NCBI GenBank assembly: GCA_963816355.1
Contig: CAWFKH010000003.1
Span: 1,280,001 to 1,344,000 of the forward strand
DNA: 64,000 bases
Direction of reading: 5' to 3'
Origin: an uncultured Gemmatimonadales bacterium
GTDB lineage: Bacteria; Gemmatimonadota; Gemmatimonadetes; Longimicrobiales; RSA9
Made by a program: the position numbers and the translations under genes. Positions 1 to 11,806 of this stretch are shown in pieces. Numbering within the stretch: the stretch's first letter is position 1; each line of letters begins with the position of its first letter. The notes under the pieces are model-generated. The model was not told the DNA's origin and ran no database searches. It was given only the letters and a program-made list of their open reading frames with translations.

Positions 1-1593
1 CGCGGCATGTTCGCTTTCGCGCTGTGGGACGAGCGGCGCCGCGAGCTCTTCGCCGCGCGGGATCGCATCGGGATCAAGCCGTTCTACTGGACCGTGGCCG
101 ACGGCCGCTTCCTCTTCGGCTCCGAGATCAAGGCGCTCCTGGCGCACCCGAGCGTGCGTCCCGACGTGGACGAAGGTGCGCTCTACCACTACCTGACGTA
201 CATGGCCACGCCGGCGCCGAGCACCATGTTCCGGGACATCCGGAAGCTCCCCGCGGGCTGTTTGCTGCGGCTGCGAGCGGGACGGACGGAGCCGGAGGTC
301 GAGCGGTGGTGGGACATGGCCGACGCGGAGCGCCCGGCGGCGGAGCTGCTCGCCGACCCCGAGGCGGCCGCGGAGCACGTCGCGACGCTGCTCTCCGACG
401 CCGTCCGCGAGCGCCTCATGTCCGACGTGCCGTTCGGCGTGATGCTTTCGGGCGGCGTCGATTCGAGCGCCATCACCGCGCTCGTGCGAAAGCACCACGA
501 CGGCCCGCTGCGCACCTTCTCCGTCGGCTTCGAGAACGAGCCGGCGCACGACGAGTCGGGGCCGGCGCGGTGGGTAGCGGAGCACTTCGGCACGGAGCAC
601 CACGAGGTCATCGTCGACCCGGCCGACGTCCTGGCCAGCCTTCCGGAGCTGATCCACGCGCAGGACGAGCCGCTGGCCGACTGGGTGTGCGTGCCGCTGC
701 TGCACGTCGCGCGGCTGGTGCGGGACTCAGCGACGATCGTGGCGCTCGTCGGCGAGGGCAGCGACGAGCAGTTCGCCGGCTACGAGCACTACCACCGCTA
801 CCTGCGACTCGATCGGGGTGCGTGGCGCGCATACGGACGGTTGCCGCTGTGGCTGAGGCGGGGGCTGCACCGCATCTCGGACGGTACTCTCCGGCGCGGC
901 CGGTGGCCGCGCGAGATCCGCGAGCTGGTCCGACGCGCGGCGGCGGACGAGCCGCTCTTCCTGAGCGGCGCCGTCGCGGCATGGGAGGCGGACAAGGCGG
1001 ACTTCGTGCGCCGCAACGGCGCCCCGTGGGCCCCCGCGTCCAGCGTTCCGCTCGCGGCGGAGGCGCAGGCGCGGTTCCGGCGTCGCCGTCCGGACGCGGA
1101 CTTCCTCGGCGCGCTGGTGTACCAGGAGTTCCAGCTGCGGCTTCCGGAGCTCCTGCTGATGCGCGTGGACAAGATGACAATGTCGACGTCGGTCGAGGCG
1201 CGCGTGCCGTTCCTCGACCATCGCCTCGTCGAGTTCACCTCCTGGATGCCGCAGTCGATGAGGGCGGGGGGCGGGCGCACCAAGGACATCCTCAAGCGGG
1301 CGGTCCGGGACCTGCTTCCGCGCGACGTGATCGACCGGCGCAAGCGCGGCTTCAGCCTTCCCGTGAAGGAGTGGCTCCGCGGCCCGCTCGCCGCGTACGC
1401 GCGCCGCGCGATCCTCTCATCGCGGCTGCGCGAGCGGGGCCTCTTCGACTACGAGGCGATCGAGGCGATGCTCGAATCGCACCGGAGCGGACGGAAGAAC
1501 TACGACACCGTGCTGTGGAACCTGCTCAACCTGTCTCAGTGGCACGACACGTGGATCGCCGGCGAGCCGCTCCGCGAGGCGGTGACGGCGTGA
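1..1593 (+). CDS. asnB: Asparagine synthase (glutamine-hydrolysing) family amidotransferase; 5' end lies outside the window
   Basis: [38 protein letters not shown]...VEARVPFLDH and KRGF motifs; frame open from base 1. Confidence 0.92.
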   Translation, partial: RGMFAFALWDERRRELFAARDRIGIKPFYWTVADGRFLFGSEIKALLAHPSVRPDVDEGALYHYLTYMATPAPSTMFRDIRKLPAGCLLRLRAGRTEPEVERWWDMADAERPAAELLADPEAAAEHVATLLSDAVRERLMSDVPFGVMLSGGVDSSAITALVRKHHDGPLRTFSVGFENEPAHDESGPARWVAEHFGTEHHEVIVDPADVLASLPELIHAQDEPLADWVCVPLLHVARLVRDSATIVALVGEGSDEQFAGYEHYHRYLRLDRGAWRAYGRLPLWLRRGLHRISDGTLRRGRWPREIRELVRRAAADEPLFLSGAVAAWEADKADFVRRNGAPWAPASSVPLAAEAQARFRRRRPDADFLGALVYQEFQLRLPELLLMRVDKMTMSTSVEARVPFLDHRLVEFTSWMPQSMRAGGGRTKDILKRAVRDLLPRDVIDRRKRGFSLPVKEWLRGPLAAYARRAILSSRLRERGLFDYEAIEAMLESHRSGRKNYDTVLWNLLNLSQWHDTWIAGEPLREAVTA

Positions 1594-2674
1594 TCCGCGT
1601 CTGCGTGGTGGCCCCCGCCTACATGACCGGGGGGCAGGCCATCGAGGCGCGCACCCTCGTCGATGGGTTCGCCCGCGAACCGGATTTCCGCGTCGAGCTG
1701 CAGCCGATCGACCCGCGCATCCCTGGCTGGCTGGCGCGCATCCGGGGCGTGCGCACCCTCGCCCGTCTGCCGCTCTACCTGGGCGGCCTCGTGCGCCGCA
1801 TCCGCAGGGCGGACGTCGTCCACGTCTTCACGGCCGCCTTCTGGCCGTTCCTGCTCACCACGACCCCCGCCGTACTGCTCGCGCGCGCCTTCGGCAAGCC
1901 GGTCGTGCTGAACTACAGGGACGGCCGCGCGGCGGACCACATTGGCGCCGGCTGGGTCCGTTTCGTCCTGCGACGCGCAACGCTGCTCGTCTTTCCTTCC
2001 GGCTTCCTTCGCGACGTCTCCGCCGCTTCGGGTTGGACGGCGAGGTGGTCTCCAACGTGGTCGACACCGAGCGATTCCGTTATCGCGGGGGGGCCCGGTC
2101 CGGCCGGTGCTGATCTCCTCCCGGCTGCTGGAGGAACTCTACGCGGTGGAGAACACGATCCGCGCGTTCGCCCGGGTCCGCGCGAGTACCCGGCCCGGCC
2201 CGGCTGATCGTCATCGGGGATGGCGATCGGGGGGCGTTGCTTAAAGCGCTCGTGCGCGACGAGGGGATCGAGGGGGTCGAGTTCCACGGCGCGGTGCCGC
2301 ACGGAGAGATCCCGGAGTGGTTCGACCGCGCGGACATCCTCGTGAACAGCTCCCGCAAGGACAACATGCCGCATTCGATCATCGAGGCGTTCGCGCCGGG
2401 CTGCCGGTGGTCACCACAGGCGCCGGGGGGATCCCGTACATCGTCGAGGACGGGCGGAACGGGCTGTTCGTGCCGATCGACGATCGGCGGCGATGGCCGC
2501 CGCGGTGCCTCGGTGCTGCGGAGCCTCCGCTCGCGGGGGCCTGGTCCGGGAGGGCCAGGGCGTGCGGGACCGGTACTCCTGGAACGCCGCGCGGAAGAAG
2601 GATCTATACGCACCGGGGCGGGCGGGACGGAGCGGTCCCGGGAGCCCGTGAGGTGCACCGCGACCGCGGGATGA
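1590..2674 (+). CDS. GT4 glycosyltransferase, split by frameshifts after about 2020
   Basis: GTG start overlaps asnB stop (GTGA); fragments in different frames give ADVVHVF, GKPVVLNY, EVVSNVVD, ADILVNSSRKDNMPHSIIEAF and GLPVVTTGAGGIP. Confidence 0.75.
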
Positions 2675-3998
2675 GCGGGCGCCCGGACCTCAAGGGACCC
2701 CGGTATCCCCCCGCCGCGGCTCGGGTCCGCCCCCGGCCCCTCGCCTCGCACGCCAGGGTGGCAGACGAGGAGCGGCATCCCGATCGCGGCGTGGGGTGGT
2801 CGCTCGCGTTCGTGGCCTTCCTGGTCTACATGTTCGTCATCACGACGTATCGGGTGCGGGTCGGTGACGTCGCGATGGCGGTGGCACTCTTCGGGCTCGC
2901 GTTCGAGTCCGGCAGCTTTCCCGCTTGCCTGGCCTGGATCACTGGGGCTCCTGGCCTGGTGCGGGCTCGGGATGGACGTCGAGCCGGACCGGGATCGTGT
3001 ACGAGGAGTGCATCGTACTCGGCAAACTCTGGCTGATCGCCCTCGCGCGGTGAACGTGCTGCGGGGCCGAAGCGGCTCGCCTATTCATGCTGCTGTTCGT
3101 CCTCTTCTTCGCGGCGTACCCGCGCGCGGTGCGCTCTTCAACTATTCCTCGCGGGATACGCCGATTTCGGGCGGGTGAAATGGAACTACGTCTACAAGAA
3201 CCGCAACGATCTCGCGGCCCTCACGCTCCTCCAGCTCTCGCTCGCGGCGGGCCTCCTCGTGCGCGAGCGGAAGGGCCGATCTACAAGTGGGGCCCGCGCG
3301 GCCACGTCGTCCTGCCCTTCGTCATGCTGATCACCCAGTCGCGGGGCGTCTTCCTCGGCCTCGCGCCCTTCGGCGGCTCGGGCGTGCGGGTCACCAGAAT
3401 CGGCGAAGGTGACGGTCGTCGCGGTCGGGCTGTCGCCGCGCCGATGATCCTTCCAGCCGGGTGGCAACGATTGAACCGGGTCGGCGGCATCGGCGACACG
3501 GCGGAACTCTCCCAGCTCGACGACCAGGGCTCCGCCGAGCAGCGCTACAAAATCTGGAAGATCGCATGCCCGATCATCGCCGACCACCCGGTGACCGGCG
3601 TCGGCTGGGGCGCGTACCCTTAAGCGAATCGCGGCGTACCCGCCGCTGCTGGTCCTCGCGATACCCACAGTACGTACTTCAACGTCCTCGCGGAAACCGG
3701 CTTCCCGGGCCTGGTCCTCTTCCTCGTGCTGATCGCTGCCTCCGCGCTCCGCGCCGAGAAGGTCAGGCGGCGAATCAAACGCCGGCGGATGCTTGCCGCG
3801 CAGCAGCTCCTGTCCTCGAGCTCGGCCTGATGGGCTACCTGGTCGCGGGCGTCTTCGCCTCGTACTCGCGCATCTGCTTCCTCTATATCCAGCTCGCCCT
3901 GATCTGGGCCGCGGCGACGCGAACGACTGCGTGCCAGCCCAGATATCGGCACTCGCCCGCGTGCGCCGCAGCCCGCCCCTCCGATCGGGAACGGCTGA
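2671..3998 (+). CDS. O-antigen ligase / Wzy polymerase family membrane protein, frameshifted
   Basis: Hydrophobic segments, NRNDLA, LITQSRG, SAEQRYKIWK..DHPVTGVGWG and DTHSTYFNVLAETGFPG motifs spread across frames; end approximate. Confidence 0.7.
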
Positions 3999-4001
3999 GG
4001 C

Positions 4002-5811
4002 ATGTGCGGAATCGTCGGCTTCGCGGGCTCGATCCGGCGCCGGACGTCCCGAAGAATGGCGACGCGATCGTCACCGGGGACCGGACGACGGGATGCTTCC
4101 GAGCGACGACGTGGCCTCGGGATGCGCCGGCTCAGCATCATCGACCTCGCGGGGGGCCATCAGCCAATGCAGAACGAGGACGGCCGGTCCGATCGTCTTC
4201 AACGGGGAGGTCTACAACTTCCGGGAGTTGCGCGGGTCCCTGGTCCGGGGCGCCACCGGTTCCGACCGCCACGGACACCGAGACGTCGTCCACCTGTACG
4301 AGGAGCGCGGGCCGCGCTGGTCGAGTAGCTGCGCGGGATGTTCGCCTTCGCCCTCTGGGACCACGCCGGGGGCGGCTCCTCCTGGCGCGCGACCGTCTCG
4401 GCAACAAGCCGCTGTACTAGCGGCCGCCGACGGCGGCATCGCCTTCGCCTCCGAGTGAAGTCGCTGCTCGCCCGGACTTCGCGCGGCGAGATCGATCGCG
4501 CGCGATCGCGACGTACCTCGCCCTCGGATACGTGCCGGAGCCGCTCTCCATCTTCGCGGGCGTGCGGAAGCTGCCCCCGGCCACATCGCTACTGGTCGGG
4601 GAGCGCGGCCCGGGTGGAACGCTACTGGTCGCCGCTCGCGGAGGCCGACCCTGCCTCGCCGAAGGGACCGCGGTGGGGAGATCCGCAGGCTCCTGAGGAA
4701 GCCGTCCGCTACCGGCTGATCGCCGACGTGCCGCTCGGCGCCTTCCTCTCCGGCGGCATCGACTCCAGGGCCGTGGTCGCCGAGATGAGGAGCAGTCGAG
4801 CGTCCGGTGCGCACGTTCTCGATCGGGTTCGCGGAACCCGAGTTCAACGAAGCGCCCGCCGCGGCGGCCGTCGCGCACGCGCTGGGGACCGATCACACCG
4901 AGCTGATCGTGCGGCCGGACGTCGAACAGCTGTTCGACGAGGTCGCGCTCGCCTTCGACGAGCCGTTCGCGGACTCCTCGGCGGTCCCGACGCTGCTGGT
5001 CTCGCGGCTCGCCGGCGGCACGTCAAGGTGGCGCTCTCCGGCGACGGCGGCGACGAGCTGTTCGGCGGCTACACGCGCTACCTGGATCTCGCCCGCGGAG
5101 CCGTGCCGATGCCGGCGCCCGCGCGTCACGCCATGGGGGCGTTCGCGCGCCGTCTGCCCCACGGCGCGCGGGCGCAACCGGCTCCTCGAGCTCTCCCGCA
5201 CCCTGTGGGCCGGTACGCGGGGATGGTCGCGTACCCCCTCGACCGACGCGGAGGGCGGCGTCGCACACCCGGCCGTGGTCGGCGCGGCGGACTGTGGAAA
5301 ACCCTGCTCGACGCCCTGGGCGCAGGCCTCCGGTCGCGATCCACTCGGCCGCCTGATGCACGTGGATCTCCTCAGCTATCTTCCGGGGGACACCCTGACG
5401 AAGGTCGACCGGATGAGCATGGCGGCCTCGTCGAGGCCCGCGTGCCACTATTGGACCACGGATCGTCGAATTCGCATCTCGCTTCCGAGCCGGCTGAAGC
5501 TGAAGGAGGCACCGGGAAGTGGATCTTCCGCCGGGCAATCCGGGGTCTCGTCCCGTCTCGTCTTCGAAGCCCGAAGCAGGGCTTCGGCATCCCGCTCCGC
5601 CTATGGCTGCGCAACGAAGTGCGCCACCGGTGGACGCGCTGCGCGCACCGTCACCGCTCGGCGAGTTCGTCATGGCGCCCGCGGTGAACCGCGTCGTCAA
5701 CGAGCACGTCGCGGGACGCCGCGACCACACGCCCCTGCTCTGGAAGCTGATCGTCCTGCAGCGCTGGCTCGAGGCCGCAGGAAAGAGTACGTCACTCCGG
5801 CGCGAGGTTGA
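4002..5811 (+). CDS. asnB: Second AsnB-family amidotransferase, frameshifted
   Basis: MCGIVG start (catalytic Cys2), [55 protein letters not shown]; end approximate. Confidence 0.8.
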
Positions 5812-7091
5812 CGATCCAGTCGACAAGCTGGTCGAACTGTCGCTCGGTCCACCACTCGTGCAGCACGCTGGCGGAACCTACGAGCCGCCGCGGCTCGGCC
5901 GCGATGCGCAGCGCCTCGCGAGTCGCGGGTGCCAGCGGGCGGCGTTCGCCCACCGCCGCCGTCACGTGGCCGCCGGCGGCTCCCAGCATGGGATTCCGTC
6001 TCGCTCCCGGGCTCGACGAGCGCGAATATCGGAACGCGAGAGCCGAGGTAATCGTAGAGTTTGCCTGGAACCTGGAGCGACCAGGCTTGCGCCGGCAGCA
6101 GGAGCAGGTCGGCGTCCCGGATCAGCTCCGGGGCTTCCGCCCGCGGCAGCCACTCGACGAATCGGAGCCGCACGTCCGAGCCCAGCCACACACCCCTCGA
6201 GCCGTGCGCGCGTCGAGTCGTCGATGTCGCCGACGAAGGTCGCGTCCAACACCCGGCCCTCGGCAAGGACTTCACCGAGGCTCCGGAGCATCGGAGCCGG
6301 GTCACGCGGCGGGTATACGGAGCCCGCGTAAACGACCCGCAGGGGTAGCGTCCCCGGCGCGGCGCTGCGCGTCTGTCCCGGATTTGATCGATGCCGTTGA
6401 GCGCGGTAATGAAGGCTCTGGGGGTGGTTTTGGCCGGATAGCGCTGCTTCAGACGGTTCGACGCCGCGGCCGTGACGGAAACGATGCCGCTTGCCCGCGA
6501 GACGACGCGCGCCTCGAGCCAGCGATCGAGACGCGCGGAGACGCCGCTGTCCGAAGCAGGACGTGGTGAGGCGTTCTCCACCCACGGATCACGGAATTCT
6601 GCGATCCAGGGTACGCGGAAGACGCGCTCCAGGACCAACCCCGCCAGATGGATCGAGAAGGCCGGAGCGGTCGAGTAGATGAGGTCCGGATGGAAGGACC
6701 GGTTCCGGATCGCCGCCGCGATCGCCCCCGGCACATAGCCCTGCAGGTCGTCAGGCGTGGAAAGCAGGCCGACCGCGATGCCGGCGCAGCGGAGACCGCT
6801 TCGCCTCCCGAGGCGCTCCCTCTTCCCCTGAGGCATGAGGTCTCCTCCGGGGCGCTCCGGACACGCCGCCGGACCGCGCCGTACAACGCGCCGAGGCCAC
6901 GATACGGCCTCACCTCCACGATGCGCACGCCTGGCTCCAGCTCGGCGGCTGTGGCGCCGGCGCCGTTCTCGGCGCTGAGCACGAGTACCCGATGGCCTCT
7001 CTCCGCGAGGGCCCTTGGCCAGGAGTTGGGGACGGAACGCCCCCACGACCGGCGCCGGCGGAAAAGCCTGCGTCAGCAGCAGTACATTCAC
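5792..7091 (-). CDS. GT4 glycosyltransferase, frameshifted
   Basis: [39 protein letters not shown] and VPGKLYDYL motifs across frames. Confidence 0.75.
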
Positions 7092-7237
7092 GCGGCCTCC
7101 GCCGTCTTCCTGGTGCCCGCCCAGGGGTGCCGGACCCAGCCAGCCGCGTGAACTCTAGTCGTCCCCACGGCGGCCACGGCTAAATTCCTGTCGAAATGGG
7201 AACTGGAGGGCCGGGACCCGCGCAAGAACAGGCCTCC

Positions 7238-8254
7238 ATGAGCTACGCGTCCGCACGGCGTACGCTCAAAGTGGGCGCCCTGCGACTTCTCGATCGGTTC
7301 GGCGCTGCGAGCGCCGTCCGGCGCAGTCGGTGGCGAGGTGAGAGCCTCGCGATCCTCTGCTATCACGGCGTCTCGCTGGATGACGAGCATCGGTGGCGTC
7401 CATCCTGTACATGCGGCCGGAGTTGTTCGAGAGCCGTCTCGATCTTCTCGAAGCCAACCATTACAACGTGCTGCCGCTAGGCGAAGGTCTCGTAAGGCTC
7501 CGCGCGGGAACGCTCCCGCCGCGCGCGGTTGCCATCACGTTCGACGATGGAACCGTCGACTTCGCCATGCGGGCGTGGCCGCTCCTCAAAGCCCGCGGAT
7601 ATTCCGCCACCGTGTACTGGACCACGCACTACGCGAAGCGGGAGATGCCGGTGCCCACGGTTTTTCCTCGTACGTGCAGTACCGGGCCGGCATCCCGTTC
7701 GCGGCCGAGGCCCGGATGCTCGACCACCGCGTCTCCTCTCGTCAGAAGAACGAAGCGATTCAGCAGTATTGCCGCGAACACGGCGTCAATTACGGTGCGC
7801 TTTGCGCCAGACGGATCCTGCAGGTGCTCCGACCGGACGAGATCCATGCCCTCTCGGCCGAGGGCGCCGACATCCAGCTCCACACGCACGCCCACCGTGT
7901 CGCGCTGAAGCATGAGGATTTCGTGGCAGACCTCGAGACGAACCGCAGCTTGATACGTCACGCGACGGGGAAGGAGCCGGTCCACTTCTGCTACCCGAGC
8001 GGGCGCTTCAGGCGGCGTCTCTTTCCATGGCTCGCAGGTATGGGCATCCGGTCCGCCACGACGACGGAGCCAGGCCTCGCGCGACCCGCCACCCACCCTT
8101 ATCTGCTACCGAGGCTCGTCGACCACGAGGGGCTCTCGGCCGTGGAGGTCGACGCGTGGCTCTCCGGCGTCGCTGCCCTGCTTCCCCACCGAACGTACTG
8201 GCGCGACCCCGACGAGAGGTGTCCACCCCCGGCCGCCCCCGGGAGCGGGCCTGA
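7238..8254 (+). CDS. Polysaccharide deacetylase (NodB/CE4 family), frameshifted
   Basis: ILCYHGV, VAITFDDG, IQLHTHAH, HFCYPSG, LLPRL motifs; end approximate. Confidence 0.78.
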
Positions 8255-8285
8255 TCCAGGCCGTCCTTCCGCCCCCTCCCCCCCC

Positions 8286-11200
8286 TTACGGCAGGACTCG
8301 CCAGGCGAGGTACTGGGCTCCCGCCCGATAGTTCTGGTTGTAGTCCTTGCCAATGTAGTCCATCAGGCTGTAGTACGCGTCTGTCAGCGGACCCACACCG
8401 TGGCCCCATGTCGCCGCGGCCATCTCATCGCCCATGTCCAGGTACGTCTTGTCGCGCGTGATGTAGTACGCGTAGCCGAACGCATGCACCGTGGGGGCCG
8501 TGATCTCGCGCACCTCACGAATGCTGTTCGTGTCCCAGCCGTCGCGCAGTGCCGTCGTTTCCTGCGGGGCACACGTCGCAGAACAGATACGCCCACATGC
8601 CGCGCCAGCGTACACCGTTCAGGCCGGGAACCAGCTCGTCCTTCCGATATGCGTCGCGGTAGAGGTGGGTGACGGCCTTCTCGATCGACTTCGCGACCGT
8701 CGGATCTCCGGTGAGCCGATGGACCGCGATCATGCCCTGCAGCAACAGGCCGACATGGAACGGGTTCTCGAAATCGTCGCCCGTCGCGCCGGGCTCCGGC
8801 GGATCGTCGGGGTCCGTCCAGCGCCAGGAGCCATCCGGCTACTGAAGGCGAGCATAATAGTTGGCGGCGGCAGTGCTCGCGCGGCTCAGGAAGTCGCCAT
8901 GGCCGGCGCGTAGTTCGGTGCCACCACTGACATGATCGCCAGGTTCAGGAGGGCGTATCCGCCGTCTCGCACGCCATAATGCAGATGGTCGTATTCCGCG
9001 TTCTGATCGAGCCAGATCCATCCCTGATAGTCGACGTAGGAGGCGATCGAGTCCAACATTTTGGGCCGGCCGTCCAGGGCGCGCAGCGACATGCCCTCGA
9101 CCGCGGCGGCTCTCGGTGCCGAGAAGCTGTTTCCCCGGCCGCGAGGCGCGTGTACTGCCAGTCTGCGGCGAAACGGGCGCAATCCCGATACCGCGAGTCT
9201 CCGGAGCGGTAGTAGGCAATGTACATCGTCAGCGCGAGATCGTAGTAAGCCACTCCTGCGACGGCGCCGCCTCGAAGCTGGTGCACAGGTTCAGCCCGCG
9301 GTCGAGCTCGTTCTGGTCGAAGAACGGCCACGGATTGAGCGCGCTCCCGATCTTGAGCTGGGGCCCGATGATGAACGCGATCTTGTCGTTCGGATAGGTG
9401 ACGAAGTCGCCGCCGCCGCTCGTCGGGCCACTCGTTACGGTGACCGCGCCGGACGCCTTGATCCCGCTGACGTGCGCCGTGATCGTGGCGCTTCCCGCGG
9501 CGACGGCGGAGACGACGCCCGTCGTAGAGACGGAAGCGATGGCGGGCGCCGAGGAGCTCCACGTGACGGTCGATGCTGGAGACGGCGACACCGTTCGAGT
9601 CGACGGGCGTCGCCGAGAACTGCTGGACGGCGCCGACGGCGAGCGTGGTGGAGGCGGGACTGAGCTGAACGGTCTTGACGATCTGGCGGATCTGCACGCC
9701 GGCCGTGTCGGCGACCTGGCAGCAGAGGGACGTGGCGACGATGAGGGTGCTACCAACCGCCTTCGCGACGACTCGTCCCATGCTGTCCACTGCTGCGGTT
9801 GCGGGGTTCGAGAGGTCCAAGCGACCCGCGCGCCCTGCACCAGGCTGTTCGAGGCGTCGTAGCCGGTGACCGCGAACTGCAGCGTGTCGCCGAGCGCGTT
9901 CAGCGTTCCCGACGGCGAAACGACGATGCGAGCCACGTCGGTCCGGTGCTGGCCTTCTGCACCGAGATGGATGCGGATCCCGTCTTCCCGGCCGCGGACG
10001 CAGTGATCGTGGCGCTGCCGACCGCTACCGCCGTGACGACTCCCGACGTGCTCACGGTCGCAACCGCGGCGTCGGAGGAGGCCCACGTGAACGTCACGCC
10101 TAGAACGAGGCCACCCGCCGCATCCGTCGCGGCGGCGGAAAGAACGGATATCGTTACCCGGTGTCAGGTTTGCGTTTGTTGGCGACAAAGCTATCGACGC
10201 GACCGGCGATTGCACAACCACCGGAATCGTGGCCGTGACGCCCGCGGCGCTCGCCGAGACGTGGACGGTGCCGGCGGAGACCGCCGTGACGCGGCCGGCG
10301 CTGTCGACGCTGGCCACTGATGCGTCCGAGCTGGACCAGGCGAAGTGCACGCCGCCGATCTCTGCGCCGGCGGCGTCGAACGCCGACGCGGCGAGCGATC
10401 CGGTCTGAGCGACGTCCAGCGAGAGCGAGTCGGGCGCGATGCGGATCGCGGCGATCGCGGCGCGCAACGTCGTCGCGAAGAAAGTCACGCTGGTCAGACC
10501 GCGCGATGCGGCCGTGGCGCTCGACTCACCCACGGTCGAGCCGAGCGTCCAGCTCGTCGAGACGAGGCCGTCGGCGTCGCTCTTTCCGGTCGAGGGACTC
10601 AGCGAGCCGGCCGACGCGGACCAGGAGACCGCCACGCCCGCCACCGGATTGCCGAACTGGTCGCGCACCTTCACCTGCAGCGGACCCGTCAGCTTCTGGT
10701 TGGCGGTGCCGCTCTGCAGATCGCCGGACACCGCCACCAGCGCGGCGGCCGAGCCGCGCGACGGCGGTTCCGTGAAACACGGTCGGCGAGCCCCTGACGC
10801 CGTTCACCGCCGCTTCGACCGTCTGGTCGCCGAGCGCGTAGCCGAGCGCCCAGTGGGCGTAGGCGATGCCGGCGGTATCGGTCGTGGAGGTGGCGGGCGA
10901 GACGTAGCCGTTGCCGCTCGTGACGGTGAAGGCGACGTCGGCGCCGGGCACCGGCAGCCCGTTGCGATCCAGCAGCCGAACGGCGAGGCTATCCGGCAGG
11001 ATCGATCCGGTCACCGCGGTCTGTCCATCGCCGCTCACGTACTCCATTGTCTTCGGCACCGCCTTCACGTCGAGCGAGGCGCTGCCGCTGAGACCCTTGC
11101 CCTTCCCGCTCGAATTCGTGTTTCCGTTACCGCCGGTGGGGTTCATCGAGCCCGAGGGAACCGCGTCCCCCGTCGCGGTCGAGACCAGCTCGGCCTTCAC

Positions 11201-11518
11201 GGTGACGGCGCCGGGTCGGCGCGCGGTGACCGTGCCCGCCTGGTCGATCGACGCCACCACCGGATCGGAGACCGACCAGCGCAGCGACATCCCGCTCGGC
11301 ACGCCCTTCACCGGCTTTCCGTTCTGGTCGAGCAGCACGGGCTCGAACCGCATCGATTGGCCGTCGTCCAGCTCGGCCTCGATCGGCTTGACGTCCATAC
11401 TGATGACGGAGGTGAACGACTCGACCGGAGTGAGATCCTGCTGACACGCGACGAGCGGCAGCAGGAAGAGAATGATGGATCCGGCGCGCAGGGGGGTCGC
11501 AGGAGTCCTCGTCGGCAT
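8286..11518 (-). CDS. Large surface lipoprotein with tandem bacterial Ig-like domains and a C-terminal helical, possibly carbohydrate-active domain; frameshifted
   Basis: ATG 11518 after GGAGGAAAG; lipobox LVAC; repeated W.SSD..VA.V...G.VTA...G Big_2 motifs and VSGDGQ/VSGDLQ Big_1-like motifs; C-terminal YYDLAL, FHVGLL, HAFGYAY, GKDYNQNYR; reconstructed from several ORF fragments. Confidence 0.7.
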
Positions 11519-11572
11519 CTTTCCTCCGATCGCGGGGTTCGCGATTGGGCTCGCGTTTCTCGACGACCGGCG

Positions 11573-11624
11573 AAAACGGAAAAAGCCACCAGCGCCGACC
11601 GTTGTGGTCGCATTCGCTGGCGGC
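11573..11624 (-). terminator. Intrinsic terminator forming the riboswitch expression platform
   Basis: GCCGCCAGCG (11624-11615) pairs with CGCTGGTGGC (11594-11585), inner CGACC/GGTCG stem, followed by TTTTTCCGTTTT. Confidence 0.8.
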
Positions 11625-11705
11625 TCGGCGGGCATGGGCGCTTCCGCACCCCACAGCCCCGTGGCTCTGCGTCACCGCGTTTCCGCGGCTTTGCTCTGAG
11701 CAGCG
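11615..11705 (-). ncRNA. GEMM-I (c-di-GMP-I class) cyclic dinucleotide riboswitch aptamer, A20 variant
   Basis: Minus strand reads CGCUG-CUCAGA-GCAAA-GCCGCG-GAAA-CGCGGU-GACGC-AGA-GCCACGGGGCU...AUGCCCGCCGAGCCGC-CAGCG: P1 CGCUG/CAGCG, P2 with GAAA tetraloop, GACGCA junction, P3; aligns by eye with the Vc2 aptamer. Confidence 0.85.
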
Positions 11706-11734
11706 TCGCTCCCTGTTGTCGCGCGCGAAACGAG

Positions 11735-11749
11735 GCAATCCATGTTCCC
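11735..11749 (-). promoter_or_regulatory. Putative sigma54 (-24/-12) promoter upstream of the riboswitch
   Basis: GGGAAC-ATGGA-TTGC (GG-N10-GC); predicted start near 11723, just upstream of the aptamer. Confidence 0.55.
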
Positions 11750-11770
11750 GCCCGCGGGCGATCGGATCAG

Positions 11771-11806
11771 GATCTGTAAGTTGCCATTATACAGCGTCTT
11801 ACGATC
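11771..11806. promoter_or_regulatory. AT-rich imperfect palindrome, possible IHF or regulator site
   Basis: GATCTGTAAG-ttgccattatacagcgt-CTTACGATC immediately upstream of the -24 element. Confidence 0.4.

Noticed and set aside
2020..10900. Programmed frameshifting or phase variation as the cause of the broken genes
   Set aside because: Too many shifts per gene, no consistent slippery site or long repeat tract, and confined to one block
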